Shown: positions 52,839-64,000 of the stretch, in pieces
Position numbering within the stretch: position 1 is the stretch's first letter
Layout of the letters: the number at the start of each line of letters is the position of its first letter
Origin: Cetorhinus maximus
Lineage: Eukaryota
Assembly (NCBI RefSeq): GCF_964194155.1
Contig: NC_135888.1
Coordinates: 37,200,001 to 37,264,000 of the forward strand
Length of the DNA stretch: 64,000 nt
Direction of reading: 5' to 3'
The notes under the pieces: generated by a model
Told to the model about the DNA's origin: nothing
Database searches by the model: none
The model's input: only the letters and a program-made list of their open reading frames with translations
Position numbers and translations under genes: made by a program

Positions 52839-53469
52839 GTCTTCTTTGCACCAGTCATGGGCGGGATGCACTGAGAGGCGTCTGCACGCCTGCACTTTAA
52901 ATATGGTGCCCGGTGTGATGAAGCACTGAGGTGATGGTGTGGAGGGTGAATGAGGGTCTGCCATCAAAAGGGCATGTTTCCTGGGATTGCATGATAAATG
53001 CGGCGGGTTTGGGATGATAGAGTGTGAAAAGCTGCCATTGCGGCTGATGGGTAAAATGCCATTTTACCCGCCTGCCACCGCACTTAGTGCAAATCTGGGA
53101 TGTTTCCACCCGTTGTAACTGGTACCCAGTGAATGAAATCTGAACACCATTTCGACTAATACAAATAAAATCACAATCTTACAGCATCTATCACAATAAA
53201 CTTTATATTTTGCTGGGACACATTATTCATTTTGCTTTGTTCTCGCATCCCATTTCTAAGATGAATGATTTCAGGTTTCACTGAGCCTCTAGGTAGCCAG
53301 TCTAACTGAACCCAGTGTGGAAAGCAGCATTAATAACTCTGCCTTTGCATTGCATTAACTGGGCTGCTGTCCAAACTCTTCAGAGTATTTTCATATTCAG
53401 CATGGTGTGACGGTGCTTTGGAGTGTGGCATTCTGCTGTGAGGTGGATAAATGTCCATTTCCCAGTGGC

Positions 53470-53905
53470 GATTCAGGAGAGAGCTCGGGGGATTCAGGAG
53501 AGGGAAGGTGGGATTCGGGGGGGATGGTGGGGGGGGTGGGGTGGTGGGGGGCTACTCAGACCAGACTGCGAGGATGACTCAGAGGAGGGCTGGGGTGAGG
53601 GGGAGTGGATCATTAGAGGGCCGGTGAGGGTCTTGGGAGAGGGCCAGGGATGGGGGCTCAGAAGAGGGGCGAGGGGGGTGTGGCTGCGAGACTCAGGAGA
53701 GGGCCTGGGCAATTCAGGAGAGGGTCGGGGGTTTCAGGAGAGGGCCAGAGAGGGGAGCAGACTCAGGAGATGGCCGCAGTGAGGGTTTCAGGAGAGGGCC
53801 AGGGGGTTTCAGGAGAGGGCCCGGGGATTCAGGAGAGGGCCAGGAAGGGGGGTGGACTCAGGAGAAGGCTGCGGAGAGGGTTTCAGGAGAGGGCTCGGGG
53901 TGTGA
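53470..53905 (+). repeat. G-rich degenerate minisatellite (core TCAGGAGAGGGC, ~10 copies) with G-runs
   Basis: The core recurs with spacing of about 19-22 bp; G-tract cluster at 53516-53551. Confidence 0.8.
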
Positions 53906-54559
53906 GGTAGTAGAACCTGGGAGAGGGCTTGGTTGGGAGCTGTTGCGGGGTGCGCTCCTGAGAGGGTCGGGGGAATTTGGGTGCTTGGTGGCGAGGAGGT
54001 TCAAGAAAGGGCTGATGGGGCGGGGGGATGCTCTGGAGGCTGACGGGTGCACACCAATGATATCAGCGGTGGAAGGAAGTGCACATGCGGTGACAGACAC
54101 AGTGCGAGCCGAGTGCACATGCGAAATGGTTCCTGGCGCCTGGCTGATTGGCATCAAGAGTTACAGAGTCTGCCCAAGTTAAATATCTATGCAAAACACT
54201 ATCATTGTTATTCAAGTATATTTTTTGCTGACTCCAACTACCTTCATTGCAGAACACATCATAATATAGACACCACCCCCACCTCTTATAGTGGACATAT
54301 TCAGGCAAATTTAATTTGCCCATTAAAAGCAATGGCTGGTGAATTGTAGTGGTCTTAATAAAATTAAAAATCACTTCAGTTGCCATGATGTATGTTTTTT
54401 GGAAGATTCCAGTGGCACAGCAGATTTCATATAATCATATACGAAGCCATGGAGTGGATCTTTTTGTCAAGAGACCGTCACCCAGAGCATGCATGCTGGT
54501 TTGCTCTCTATAGATGTGCACAGTGATTGAGATTGAATACCTGCAGTGAGAGGGACAGT

Positions 54560-54790
54560 TACAATTCACACTGCAGCAGGTGCTAAAGATACCTGTAGCT
54601 GGGATAGCAATAAAAACAAGAGAGAAATGTAACAAAAAAGCTGGTTTGTGAGGTGTGAATACGTATTTAAATGCAACTGTTCCTGCCCAAATTAAATGGA
54701 GCGCCTATAATGTCATAACTGGCAACTTTGAAATACTCATCAACACAAATGGCTGCTGGTTATAGCATTTAGGCTGATATAAGTGACTGC
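54560..54790 (-). mobile_element. Possible very old hAT transposase C-terminal (dimerisation domain) remnant
   Basis: Across frameshifts the minus strand reads VDEYFKV..YSHLTNQL..FIAIPATG.IFST, resembling the hATC pattern ELD.Y..YP.L..LA..L.IPATS...ER.FS. Weak. Confidence 0.25.
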
Positions 54791-55050
54791 CTGTTTTAAA
54801 CATGGATGTTATACGTGGTGGGCACAGTATTCAAAATGTATTCATTTAACACTGGTTACAGGAGATGCTTGTATCACTGGTCTCCTGTACCACTAGCAAC
54901 ATAAATATAAACTGGATGGATGTGCTAACATCGACTGCCAAAAAGGCCTAATTTTAAAAAATCGGATCTCAGCGTGTCTGGTAAGCTTACATTAAGGTTG
55001 CTACAAGCTGTACAAAGACTCAAGTGTCAGAAGCCAGCAGTGTAAGTAGC

Positions 55051-58000
55051 TGTAATAATTGTAAATTAAACCTTTCCTTACTGTTATGGGGATCATATGA
55101 TTGTACAGACAAGCCAGCCCCAAGTGTGGGGAATCCTAAGGACAGAGTATTTTAGCCTTGGTTTTGGAACAAGGATGCAGCCTCACCAGGAGTCTGTAAA
55201 TAAAGTTTACTGTTCCTCACAAGTAACCAACCCTGCATTCCAAGTTTATTATAATTGGCGACGAAGATGAGTAAAGCCGACGCAGCACTTCACCTCGCAA
55301 CTGTGAGTGTTTTGATTATTAATGGAAGAAGGAAAAGAAGTATACTCACCACCAATGCCTCTCTTTGGCAGAACTGACCCGTATGACTCATCTGTCGAGG
55401 ACTGGAGTCAGCACACAGAGTGACTAGGTTTCTACTTTGTGGTTAACAAAATTAAATTAAGGCAGAGCAGAAACAGAAGGCAATTCTCCGAAGTGTCAGC
55501 AAGAGCAAAACGTAGAACCTAATTCATAGTTTGATGGCTTCAAAATTGCAAAATTCCAGATCCTTCCTCAAGCTAGTAGACCTCATGAATGGACAGTTTC
55601 AGCATAAAACCTCGGTGATCTTGCAAAGGTTCAAGTGTTTATTCTCAAGTATGGGCCTCCGGTGAGCTGATCGCAACGTATGTCGCAAAGTTAAAACAGT
55701 CAACAGAGCACTGTGACTTCAGTGATACTCTAAACGACATGTTATGAGATCGTTTGGTTTGCAGCATAAACGCTGACACCATTCAGCGCCATTTGCTTGC
55801 ACAAGTTGAGGGAGACCTGAAGCCCGCAATGGAGTTAGCGCTAGCAATGAAGAGTGCTGGGAGGGACTCTCAAGCTTTGTAGAGTGTGCAACATGGCGCC
55901 GTTCTGCAGTTAGGGTGGGGACCTGCCACTGGGCATGGCGCAAAGACCAAGGAGGCTATCGTGAAGCGGGACACGGTCCCTACTGCTAGATAAACAAAAA
56001 AGAAATACTGGAAGCAGCTCACCAGTAATCCAGAAGTTAAAGTGCTAGCATTGTGGTGGAAACCATGAACCTGAAGTCTGCAGATTTAAAGAGGCAGAAT
56101 GCCACTACTGTCACAAAAAAGTGCATGTTGGTAAACAGCGCAAGACTAGATCAAGACAGCCATCAGACAGCAGGTCAAATTGAATAAAGTGCACAATATA
56201 GAAGAACTAGAAGCTGCTGATACTAATGCCTATTCCCTATAAAATCTCAAGGCCAGGAAAACTAACCCAATCACTGTTACTCTTCAAGTAAATAGAAAAC
56301 CTCTGGTCATGGAGGTTGACACAGAAGCATTGACCACAGTGGTGGGAGAATACATCTGTAAGTACCTCAGAGAAGGTGCTCAGCCATTGAGTTTGGAGAA
56401 AACCGCTGCTCAGTTAAAAATATACAGGAGAAGCAATACAGGTGAAAGGCATCACCTCTGTACCTGTATCATACAGACAACAGACAGTCCAGCTGCCAAT
56501 AATTGTTGTAACAGGAGAAGGACCTAGCCTTCTGGGCCGTGATTGGCCAAAAAAAATCAAACTAAACTGGTCAGAAATTTTTCAGGTCAGGACGAGAAGA
56601 AATCCGAAGTTGACAAGAGAATATGATGGTGTCTTGTGGAATGAGATAGAAGAACCAAAGGACCTTCACAGGAAACAAGGATTCCTCAGGTCAGAGTTGG
56701 TTCCACAGGAAAATCATGAAAAGAACCTAAATGAATGCAGTGCCACTCTGAAGCAACTGAAGAAAGAGTTGGGAGAAAAAAGCCAACAATGTTCAATGTT
56801 CCAAAAGGAAGCCAAAAGATACAAAAAAAGAGACAGAAGAACTGAAGAATGAGTTGATGGAGACAAAAGATGCATTAGAAGGAAAAGTCATGGAACTTTC
56901 CAAGATGCAAATGGGTAACTCAACCCCTGAACTGATCCAAGTTAAGATTTCACCAGAGAGAAATTTGTCCGGCTGTGAAATCAGAATGAAGGATGAGACA
57001 AAACTCTGTGGCAAACATAACAAGGAAAAAACAGAAATCAAAGCTGAAAGGCCAGTAGGATATGCATCCAGAACCCTTACTGTAGCTGAGAAAGGATACT
57101 CATAAATTGAAAAAGAGGGCTTATCTATTGGATTTGGAGTAAAGAAGTTCCATCAATATTTACACTGTTGACACTTAGCCATAGCATCAGATCGCAAACC
57201 ACTGTTAGGATGGCTTAGTGAAGAAAAGGCAACTCCAACAATAGCCTCTGCTAGAATTCAAAGATAGGCTTTAATTTTGTTGGCATACAAGTACACTTAT
57301 ATGCATCATTCAGGTGTGCAAATTGCAAATGCAGATGCCCTCACTTGTCCCCCTTTGCCCGATAGTATTACACATGTTCCAGTACCTCAAGAGGTAGTAC
57401 TAGTGTTGAATTTCCTGGATTCCTCACCAGTCTGTGTGACACAGGTAAAGAATTGGACAAATCGGGATCTGATTTTAGCAAGAGTCTGTGATCAGGTATT
57501 GCAAGGATGGTCAAATGCACAAGTCTCTGGAAAAGTAAAGCCATTCTTTGCCCGTGGATCTGAACTGAGCTGGTAAGATGGTATCTTGTTATGGGCAGCA
57601 AGAGTCGTTATCCCCTTGCAAGGAAGAGAACCAATATTGGAAGAACTTCATAGTGCACATCCTGGTATTTTGAAAATGAAGATGCTCGCACAAAGTTATA
57701 TCTCGTGCCCAGGTATAGATAGTGATATAGAAAAAATGGTGAAGCACTGTCTCCAGTGCCACCAACAACAGAAGTTGCATGTTTCAGCTCCACTGCATCT
57801 GTGGGAGTGGCCTGGTCGACCCTGGGTTCGACTACATGTGGACTATGTAGGTCCATTTCGAGGTACCACTTTTCTTGTGATCATCATCGCACATTCAAAG
57901 TGGATGGATGTGGTTGAAGTGAGATCACCTACATTGTGTGCAGCCATTGAAAAACTGTGTGAGAGTTTCAATGTTCATGGTCTACCTGACATTATTGTGT

Positions 58001-59038
58001 CAGATAATGGTACTGCTATCACTAGTACTGAATTCCAAAGACTTGTGAATTTAAATGGGATTAAACACGTCAGAACAGCACCATATCATCCCCCGTCCAA
58101 TGGGTTAGCAGAAAGAGCAGTACAAACCTTTAAAACAGGCATGAACAAATTATCAGAAGGAACGTTAGAAACACAAATTTCAAGGTTTCTGTGCAGCTAT
58201 CACACAACTCCTCATGTGACCACTGGTTCAACACCTTCTGAATTGCTAATGAAGCACTGATTTCGTACAAGATTGAGTTTAGTATTCCCTAATTTAGAGG
58301 GGAAGGTAGAAAAAAACCAGATTAGTCAGAAAGTGAATCATGACGTTCACAGTAGAGGTTGAGATTTTGCTGTGGGAGAGTCAGTTTTTGCATGAAATCT
58401 TGCAACTGGACTGAAAGGGGTCCCTGGTACAGTCATCTCTGAAACAGGACCTTTATCTTATCAGGTCGAAGTGGAAAACAGGATTGTTTGGAAACACGTG
58501 GATCATCTCAGAAGTCAAGAAACCCTCCAACAACCAGTTAATCCACCTGAATTTGAAGTCAAACCTTCGACCCCTGAGGTGCTAAATCGACAAAGAATAG
58601 ACATACCTGTTGTCTCTGTTGAAGTAAATAATTCTGAACTGCCATTGTTTAAGGACGTCCCTGATGCTGCAGTTCCTGGTCAAGTCGATCCAATGGAAGA
58701 ACCTCCAGTTGTAGAGCTGCATCGCTCTACCCGAATCCAAAAACCTCCTCAAAGACTAAATTTATAATTGCATGAACTGTATATAATATGGGTTAAGATA
58801 TTTTTGTAAATAAGAGGGTAAAATAAAGTTAAAGGGGGGGAATGTAGTAATTGTAAGTTAAAACTTTTCTTACTGTTATGAGGATCATGTGACTGTACAG
58901 ACGAATCAGCCCTAAGTGCGGGGAATCTTAGCAGTGGAGTTTTTTAGTCTTGGTACAATCATGTAGCTTCACCAGGAGTCTGTAAATAAAGTTTACTGTT
59001 TCTCCAGTAAACCAGCCCTGCATTCCAAATTTATTAGA
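55051..59038 (+). mobile_element. Complete Gypsy (Mag-like) provirus lacking RT: LTR-PBS-gag-PR-[coiled-coil insert]-RNase H C-half-IN-PPT-LTR
   Basis: TSD GTAGC (55046-50, 59039-43); LTRs 55051-55253 and 58843-59038; PBS TGGCGACGAAGATG (tRNA-Ser(GCU)-type); PPT AAAGGGGGGGAA; gag with CHYCHKKVHVGKQR knuckle; PR MEVDT..SLLGRDW; IN with HHCC and D..D..E (VDY, VSDNG, NGLAERAVQT). Confidence 0.95.
56660..57040 (+). other. Non-pol insert replacing RT; encodes a coiled-coil resembling UACA/ankycorbin-family proteins
   Basis: LRSELVPQENHEKNLNECSATLKQLKKELGEKSQQCSMFQKEAKRYKK(fs)ETEELKNELMETKDALEGKVMELSKMQ; heptad-rich, no RT motifs. The family assignment is from recollection, not a search. Confidence 0.6.
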
Positions 59039-61756
59039 GTAGCCTTCGAAGGCTAATGTAGAAGCAGTTACTGAAGTGTTCAAGTACAAAGAAAAGATCA
59101 TTTGAGTAAACAAATAATCTTTGCACAGGTCTTAAATAATTTAATTGGTCACTCTCAGGTCCAGTTCATCTTGTGAGGAAAGGATCTATGAAAAAAAATC
59201 TGCTCAATCTCAGGAAAATGAAAAAAAAGCTTGCATTTATAAAGTACTTTTTACAATTTCAAAAACTTGATCCCTACGTATTTTTGAAATGTACTCACTG
59301 TTGTAGAGAATGCGACAACCAATTTATGGGCCCCATCAACCGCAATGTGATGATGACCGGATAACCTTTTTCAATAGTGATATTGGTTGATGGATAAATA
59401 TTGGCATAGTCAAAATATAATAGAAAACAACAGGAAATATAGCAAAGTTCTGCAATATTCATCAATCTTACAGGATACATGGCTCAGCCTTGACTAACTA
59501 TCATATCTGACATATAACTTGCATGGTACTGCCCACAAAGATATTTGAAGACTTGCACTGAGGGTAAACCAATCCCAACAATTTTTTTTTGTCAGAAAAA
59601 GACGGTTCATATGTCTGTAGGGATCTTTGCCCCAGTTGGTGAGCAATAAGTTTTCAGACCTTTTTGGTTGTATAGCAAGGCTCATAAAAATCTTTTGCGA
59701 CAGGGTCAACGATGGTGTTGTAATATGGGTTCCTTAGATGTCTCAATGATGAGATCTTGAGACTCGTATATTTAAACATGATCTGTTTATTGCTAATCTT
59801 TAATTATTTACAGATCCTGGGTTACTGTCATGCATGGTGCTGTTTCTACATGCAGACTGGTTCCAGAGTGTTCTCTCGAGACTGTACTCTTGAGTGTATT
59901 ACCATATGACTCTATGCATCATGCCATGGGCAGTGCTATTCTCCAGTCCCACATTAACCCTTGCTCTGCCGAGCACTTATACATTACAATGGCATGTAGC
60001 CGCATCATACGACAGGTGGCACCAATTATTTTTTAAAGAATGATGAGAGTAGCACTTTCTCTAGCACACAGTTGCATCATAAAATCATGTTTACACTTAT
60101 TTTGACATCAGAGCATGATTAGATTTTTGGAAACAAGACAACATTTATGTACTTGCCACTGGCTTTCCAAAAAAAGCAAGTAAATACATTCTTGAAACAA
60201 ATGATGCCCACAAGGAATGAAAATGGCAAGAGTATCTCACCCCTTGTTAGACAGTAGCTTCATTTATTTACTTTTTGCATTGCTTCTTCCTGCAATCTTG
60301 CTGAAAGTTTGATCAAATCACCCGCTCAGGCAAAGCTTAAGCATTTGCATCCGACAAACCAAATTAAAAATAAAATAAATGTGGCCACAATTGTTTGCTT
60401 AAAAAAAAGCACAATAAGTAAAAAATTACAATATGAATGTAATATTAGACTAAATGCTAATGGAAATTTATTGAAAAGAACTGCTCCTTCTGATAAAGCA
60501 ACAATGGAAAATGGCAAGAGTGGAATGATTGACAAATGCAACAGCAAAATGTTGCATTTAAAGAGTTTCAATTTGCTGAGAACCGACCTTTCTTGATTTT
60601 TCCCCCTGAATAAAGTGGCCTTGCTCTGAAAAGCTCAACATATCTAATAACCTCTCTTTCCTTAGCTGATTGGTTATCTCTATTACAGTCTACATGAAGA
60701 ACAATTCACAAATTTTATTTTCATACCACATCAGCTCTCTAACCCTGATCACTGGCAGGTAAGTAACATTGGTTAATGTACCTATATCTGTGTATGTGCA
60801 TTCTCAGACCAAGGGAGTCAGTCAAGACCAACAATTCTTTTAGTATGTTGTATGAAATTGAAAACAAATAAACTTGTCTTTATTTCAGATTTTCCACATT
60901 ATCCTTTTTTCCATTGTTTATTACATATCATCAACAATACCATTATGTTTTCTAATTTTCTCATTTTCTAATAATTTTGTTTGTTTTCACAATTTGCAAG
61001 AACTAATAACTTTGCCTAAATAATGGCATCTTCTATGCTCTTGATTTCATGGATCATTAAAATTTGGCATTAATACAATGTAGCCTCAGTCCCAAACCAC
61101 AATGGGCATTCCTCATTGCACCGGATCGCACATTAAATCTTCTAATGTTGACCTTGGTCTGACACAGCTGAGCAGAAACATTCCAACCGGAATGCAGATT
61201 ATTCCTTCAAGTCAAGAGTGAAGGAATATTATACTCCATGATTTTGTTTGCTATTCAGATTTATATATTCAGGTTCAGATTAATCAGTGTGATTCTGACT
61301 TAATTTTAATTTTGCAACTTGTCTAAATGAGTGCAATTTTGACTATTTGCTTGGTGAATCATACCCCATGAATTTTGTCTACCGCAAGGTTATCGCCTAT
61401 CACTGAGGGTCCTCTTCGACACCTAGCAAAACCAATGCCCAAAGATAGGCTATGCTAAATTTGTGCATCCCAGTGCACCACAGTGCTGACGCTTTGGATG
61501 TATGTGGCTCTGAGCATGACCACCTCACCCCTCATTGCACGTTATTTAATATATGTAAAATTCAATTAAATTTTTAATAGTTTGGCATTCTTTATGTATG
61601 AGTATTGTCAATGACAGTTGGTTCATCTTTCCAAAACCAATTGTTCACCAAAATTGATGAATGCTTCAAACAAAGGCCAATGTGGGAAGACAAAATAGGA
61701 AAGATTAATCATTCCAAGCAATTAATTTTGGACAAAGTGTTACAGAATTTGAGTAT

Positions 61757-62690
61757 TGCTGAAAAAGACATTTCTGCGAAGCTTTTTGTCTTGCGTTCAT
61801 CAGGACAATCACAAGAACACCAATGTCAGGGGATGCAATAACTTCATGTTGTATGAGAAGAGAGAGTGCTGATTGGTTAGCAAGTGGACTCTGATTGGTT
61901 GAGGTATTGCTGTGGAAAATGCACCAGTTAATGAAGACTGACAGTTAACTGCCAAACATTGTTTGAAATCTAAACCAGGCAGCTTAACTCTGATTGGTCA
62001 AGGCATTGCCTGAGGAATGAACCAGTGAATGGCTATCACTTATTTTGTTTAGCTGAACCAGGCGCAATATGTGTACATGTTCTTTCTGTCTGCAAAGATC
62101 AGGGCCCTCTGTATTAATATATGTAGCTTCCAGTACATGCAAATGTGCCACACCACCAGCCCTAGTGACAATCTTAAATTGAGTGTCAGCGTAATTTTTA
62201 GCACACCGAGGATTATTTAGCAAATATTATCCAATCACAGAGTGACATCTAATGTTGGACACTGTGTTTAGAGTTTTGGAAACACAGGCTGGTTAGGTAC
62301 CTGTACCTTGTCTGTACATTGCCTGTTGTAAACAGTGGAAGGGACATGCTGTTTGATAAGACCTGCCAGTCTTTAGGACATACAGTCAACACACCTAGCA
62401 TCACACTGGCACTGAAATTCATATGCCACATTACTCTTTTGTGAGATAGGCAGAATATCTTTTTGGCTTTTCAGCAACATCCTGTTAGTGGCAACACCAC
62501 CCATGTTACTACTGCATAGTAGCAGCATGAAGTAGCTAGCTTCACCTGTTGCTCAATTTTTTGAGATATGTTGCCCTTCCAGGGTAATCTGAGGTAGACT
62601 GGGCACTTTTCAAGGCTGAAAGTCACAGCCTTAGGCTTGTTCATGAGTTTTGGCGTGATATACAACGTGAAATGATTTGATCAGTGTCCT
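61757..62690 (-). mobile_element. Penelope-like element 3' part (RT end, GIY-YIG endonuclease, pseudo-LTR with hammerhead-like motif)
   Basis: EKCPVYLRLPWKG..; LNNPRCAKNY..FKIVTRA..LHVLEATYI..PDLCRQKE; CTGATGA..AAAAGCTT motif at ~61775-61803 (-). Confidence 0.85.
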
Positions 62691-63559
62691 TTAGTTGATG
62701 GGTTGATCACATTTAACTCACAGCCTCGGGTACCAAAATGTTTTAATCAATTAATAATGCTGCATTTTCTAGGACTGACCTTGAACGGAGTTTATTTTAG
62801 TTATAAAATTTTGCAAACTTGCTGACAGGCTCGAGGGGCTGAATGGCCTACTTCTGCTCCTATTTTGTATGACTTCAAGTTGTAGCTGTGCAGTTTTCTT
62901 CCACAGAGACAAATCAATGCTAATAAATAAAGTGGATGCTGCCTTGCCTGAGAAATGATATGCCCTGTGAAGGAAATTATAGTATTGCTTTTCATGCTCC
63001 ATCTGATGTGTCACTCTTTGCATTGAGAATATGAAAGTCTCAAACGCTGCCATCAATAATCCTTCGTAGGGAGATCCAGCCCTCATATGATCAGATAATC
63101 ATTGAAAATACGACTTGGAGAGACTAATGGAAATTCTGGGAATTAACACTAGATTAATATGTGCTGGTTGCACTAATAGAGCCTCTGTTGACATAGTTGG
63201 AGGAATTGTTTTAATGCACACTTGTGGAAGATCAAAGAGAAATGATATCTATCTGAGCAACTGGTAAGGAGGCTGTAAATGTTCTCATAGGTTTAAAACC
63301 TGTGCTAGTCGGATTGAAGCAAATTTGCATCTGTTTGACACCATTCTCGTGTCATTTGGTCATGTCTGAATGCTTTATTTAAAGAGTTCAAATATTGCAG
63401 CAATAAATCCATTAAATATTAGTTTACCATATGTGTAGAATACAATTCAAGTTTAAAAAAAAACAAATCCCGTTGATTGAACCAGTACAGAAAAGATTAA
63501 ATGAATCTGATTTTGAATGTACATCAGAAATATGGTTCAAATTTTGAATTGCTGAACAC

Positions 63560-64000
63560 ATAGAATCATAGAATGACAGAGCGGAGGAATAGGCCCACTG
63601 TGCCAGTGTCGGCTCTTAGAAAGAGCAATCTATCTCAGTCCTCTACTCTTTCCCTGTGGCTCTGCAAATTTTTCCCCTTCAATTATTTATCCAATTCCCT
63701 TTTGAAAGTTACCATTAAATCTGCTTCCATCTTCTTTCAGGCAATGCATTTCAGATCATAACAACCCTCTGAGCTAAAAAAAAACTCACCTCATCTCTGG
63801 TTCCTTTGCTAATTACCGTTGCCCTTTGATTAATAATCCTTCTGCTAGTAGAAACGATTTATCCTTCTATATGTTAGAAGAACCCCTCATAATTTTGAAC
63901 ACCTCCATTAAATCTTCCCTTTGCTTTTTTTGCCCTAAAGGGAACAAGCCCAGATTCTCTAGTTTCTTCATGTAATCGAAGTCCCATATCCTTGGTATAA
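63560..64000 (-). mobile_element. CR1 LINE 3' end, continuing past the window
   Basis: CATAGAATCATAGAA tail and CR1 3' region similar to 43320-43640. Confidence 0.75.

Larger units (their letters stand above)
44531..53111 (+). mobile_element. Full-structure Harbinger/PIF DNA transposon (convergent transposase and Myb/SANT genes) with nested Tx1
   Basis: Degenerate TIRs GGGCAGAATTGTC / GATGTTTCCACCC; both Harbinger genes present; TSD imperfect (TTT/GTT). Confidence 0.8.

Noticed and set aside
53423-54182. Gly/Arg/Glu-rich ORFs
   Set aside because: Translations of a G-rich minisatellite.

Overview
Eukaryotic, repeat-dense, gene-poor DNA. The repeat inventory (CR1 and L2 LINEs, Deu-domain SINEs, Harbinger elements and MITEs, Mag-like Gypsy, RTE, Tx1, Penelope) suggests a cartilaginous fish (shark) intron or intergenic region; this is an inference. 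I recognise no intact host gene, and every long ORF is a decayed transposon frame. The most notable structures are five. (1) A complete Gypsy provirus (55051-59038; two LTRs, perfect GTAGC TSD) whose reverse transcriptase is replaced, apparently in frame, by a coiled-coil segment resembling vertebrate UACA. (2) A single-ORF APE-RT LINE whose 5' end is a tRNA-type Pol III SINE head, whose sense strand is nearly free of TTTT terminators, and which has an internally deleted SINE-like derivative nearby. (3) A two-gene Harbinger (transposase plus spliced Myb/SANT gene) carrying a Tx1 LINE at the Myb 3' end and an 88-bp locally templated copy of that Tx1. (4) An RTE LINE with a twin-priming-type 5' inversion nested in a CR1. 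(5) Penelope elements with minimal hammerhead ribozyme motifs. Coordinates were read by eye, and unanchored ends may be off by tens of bases.
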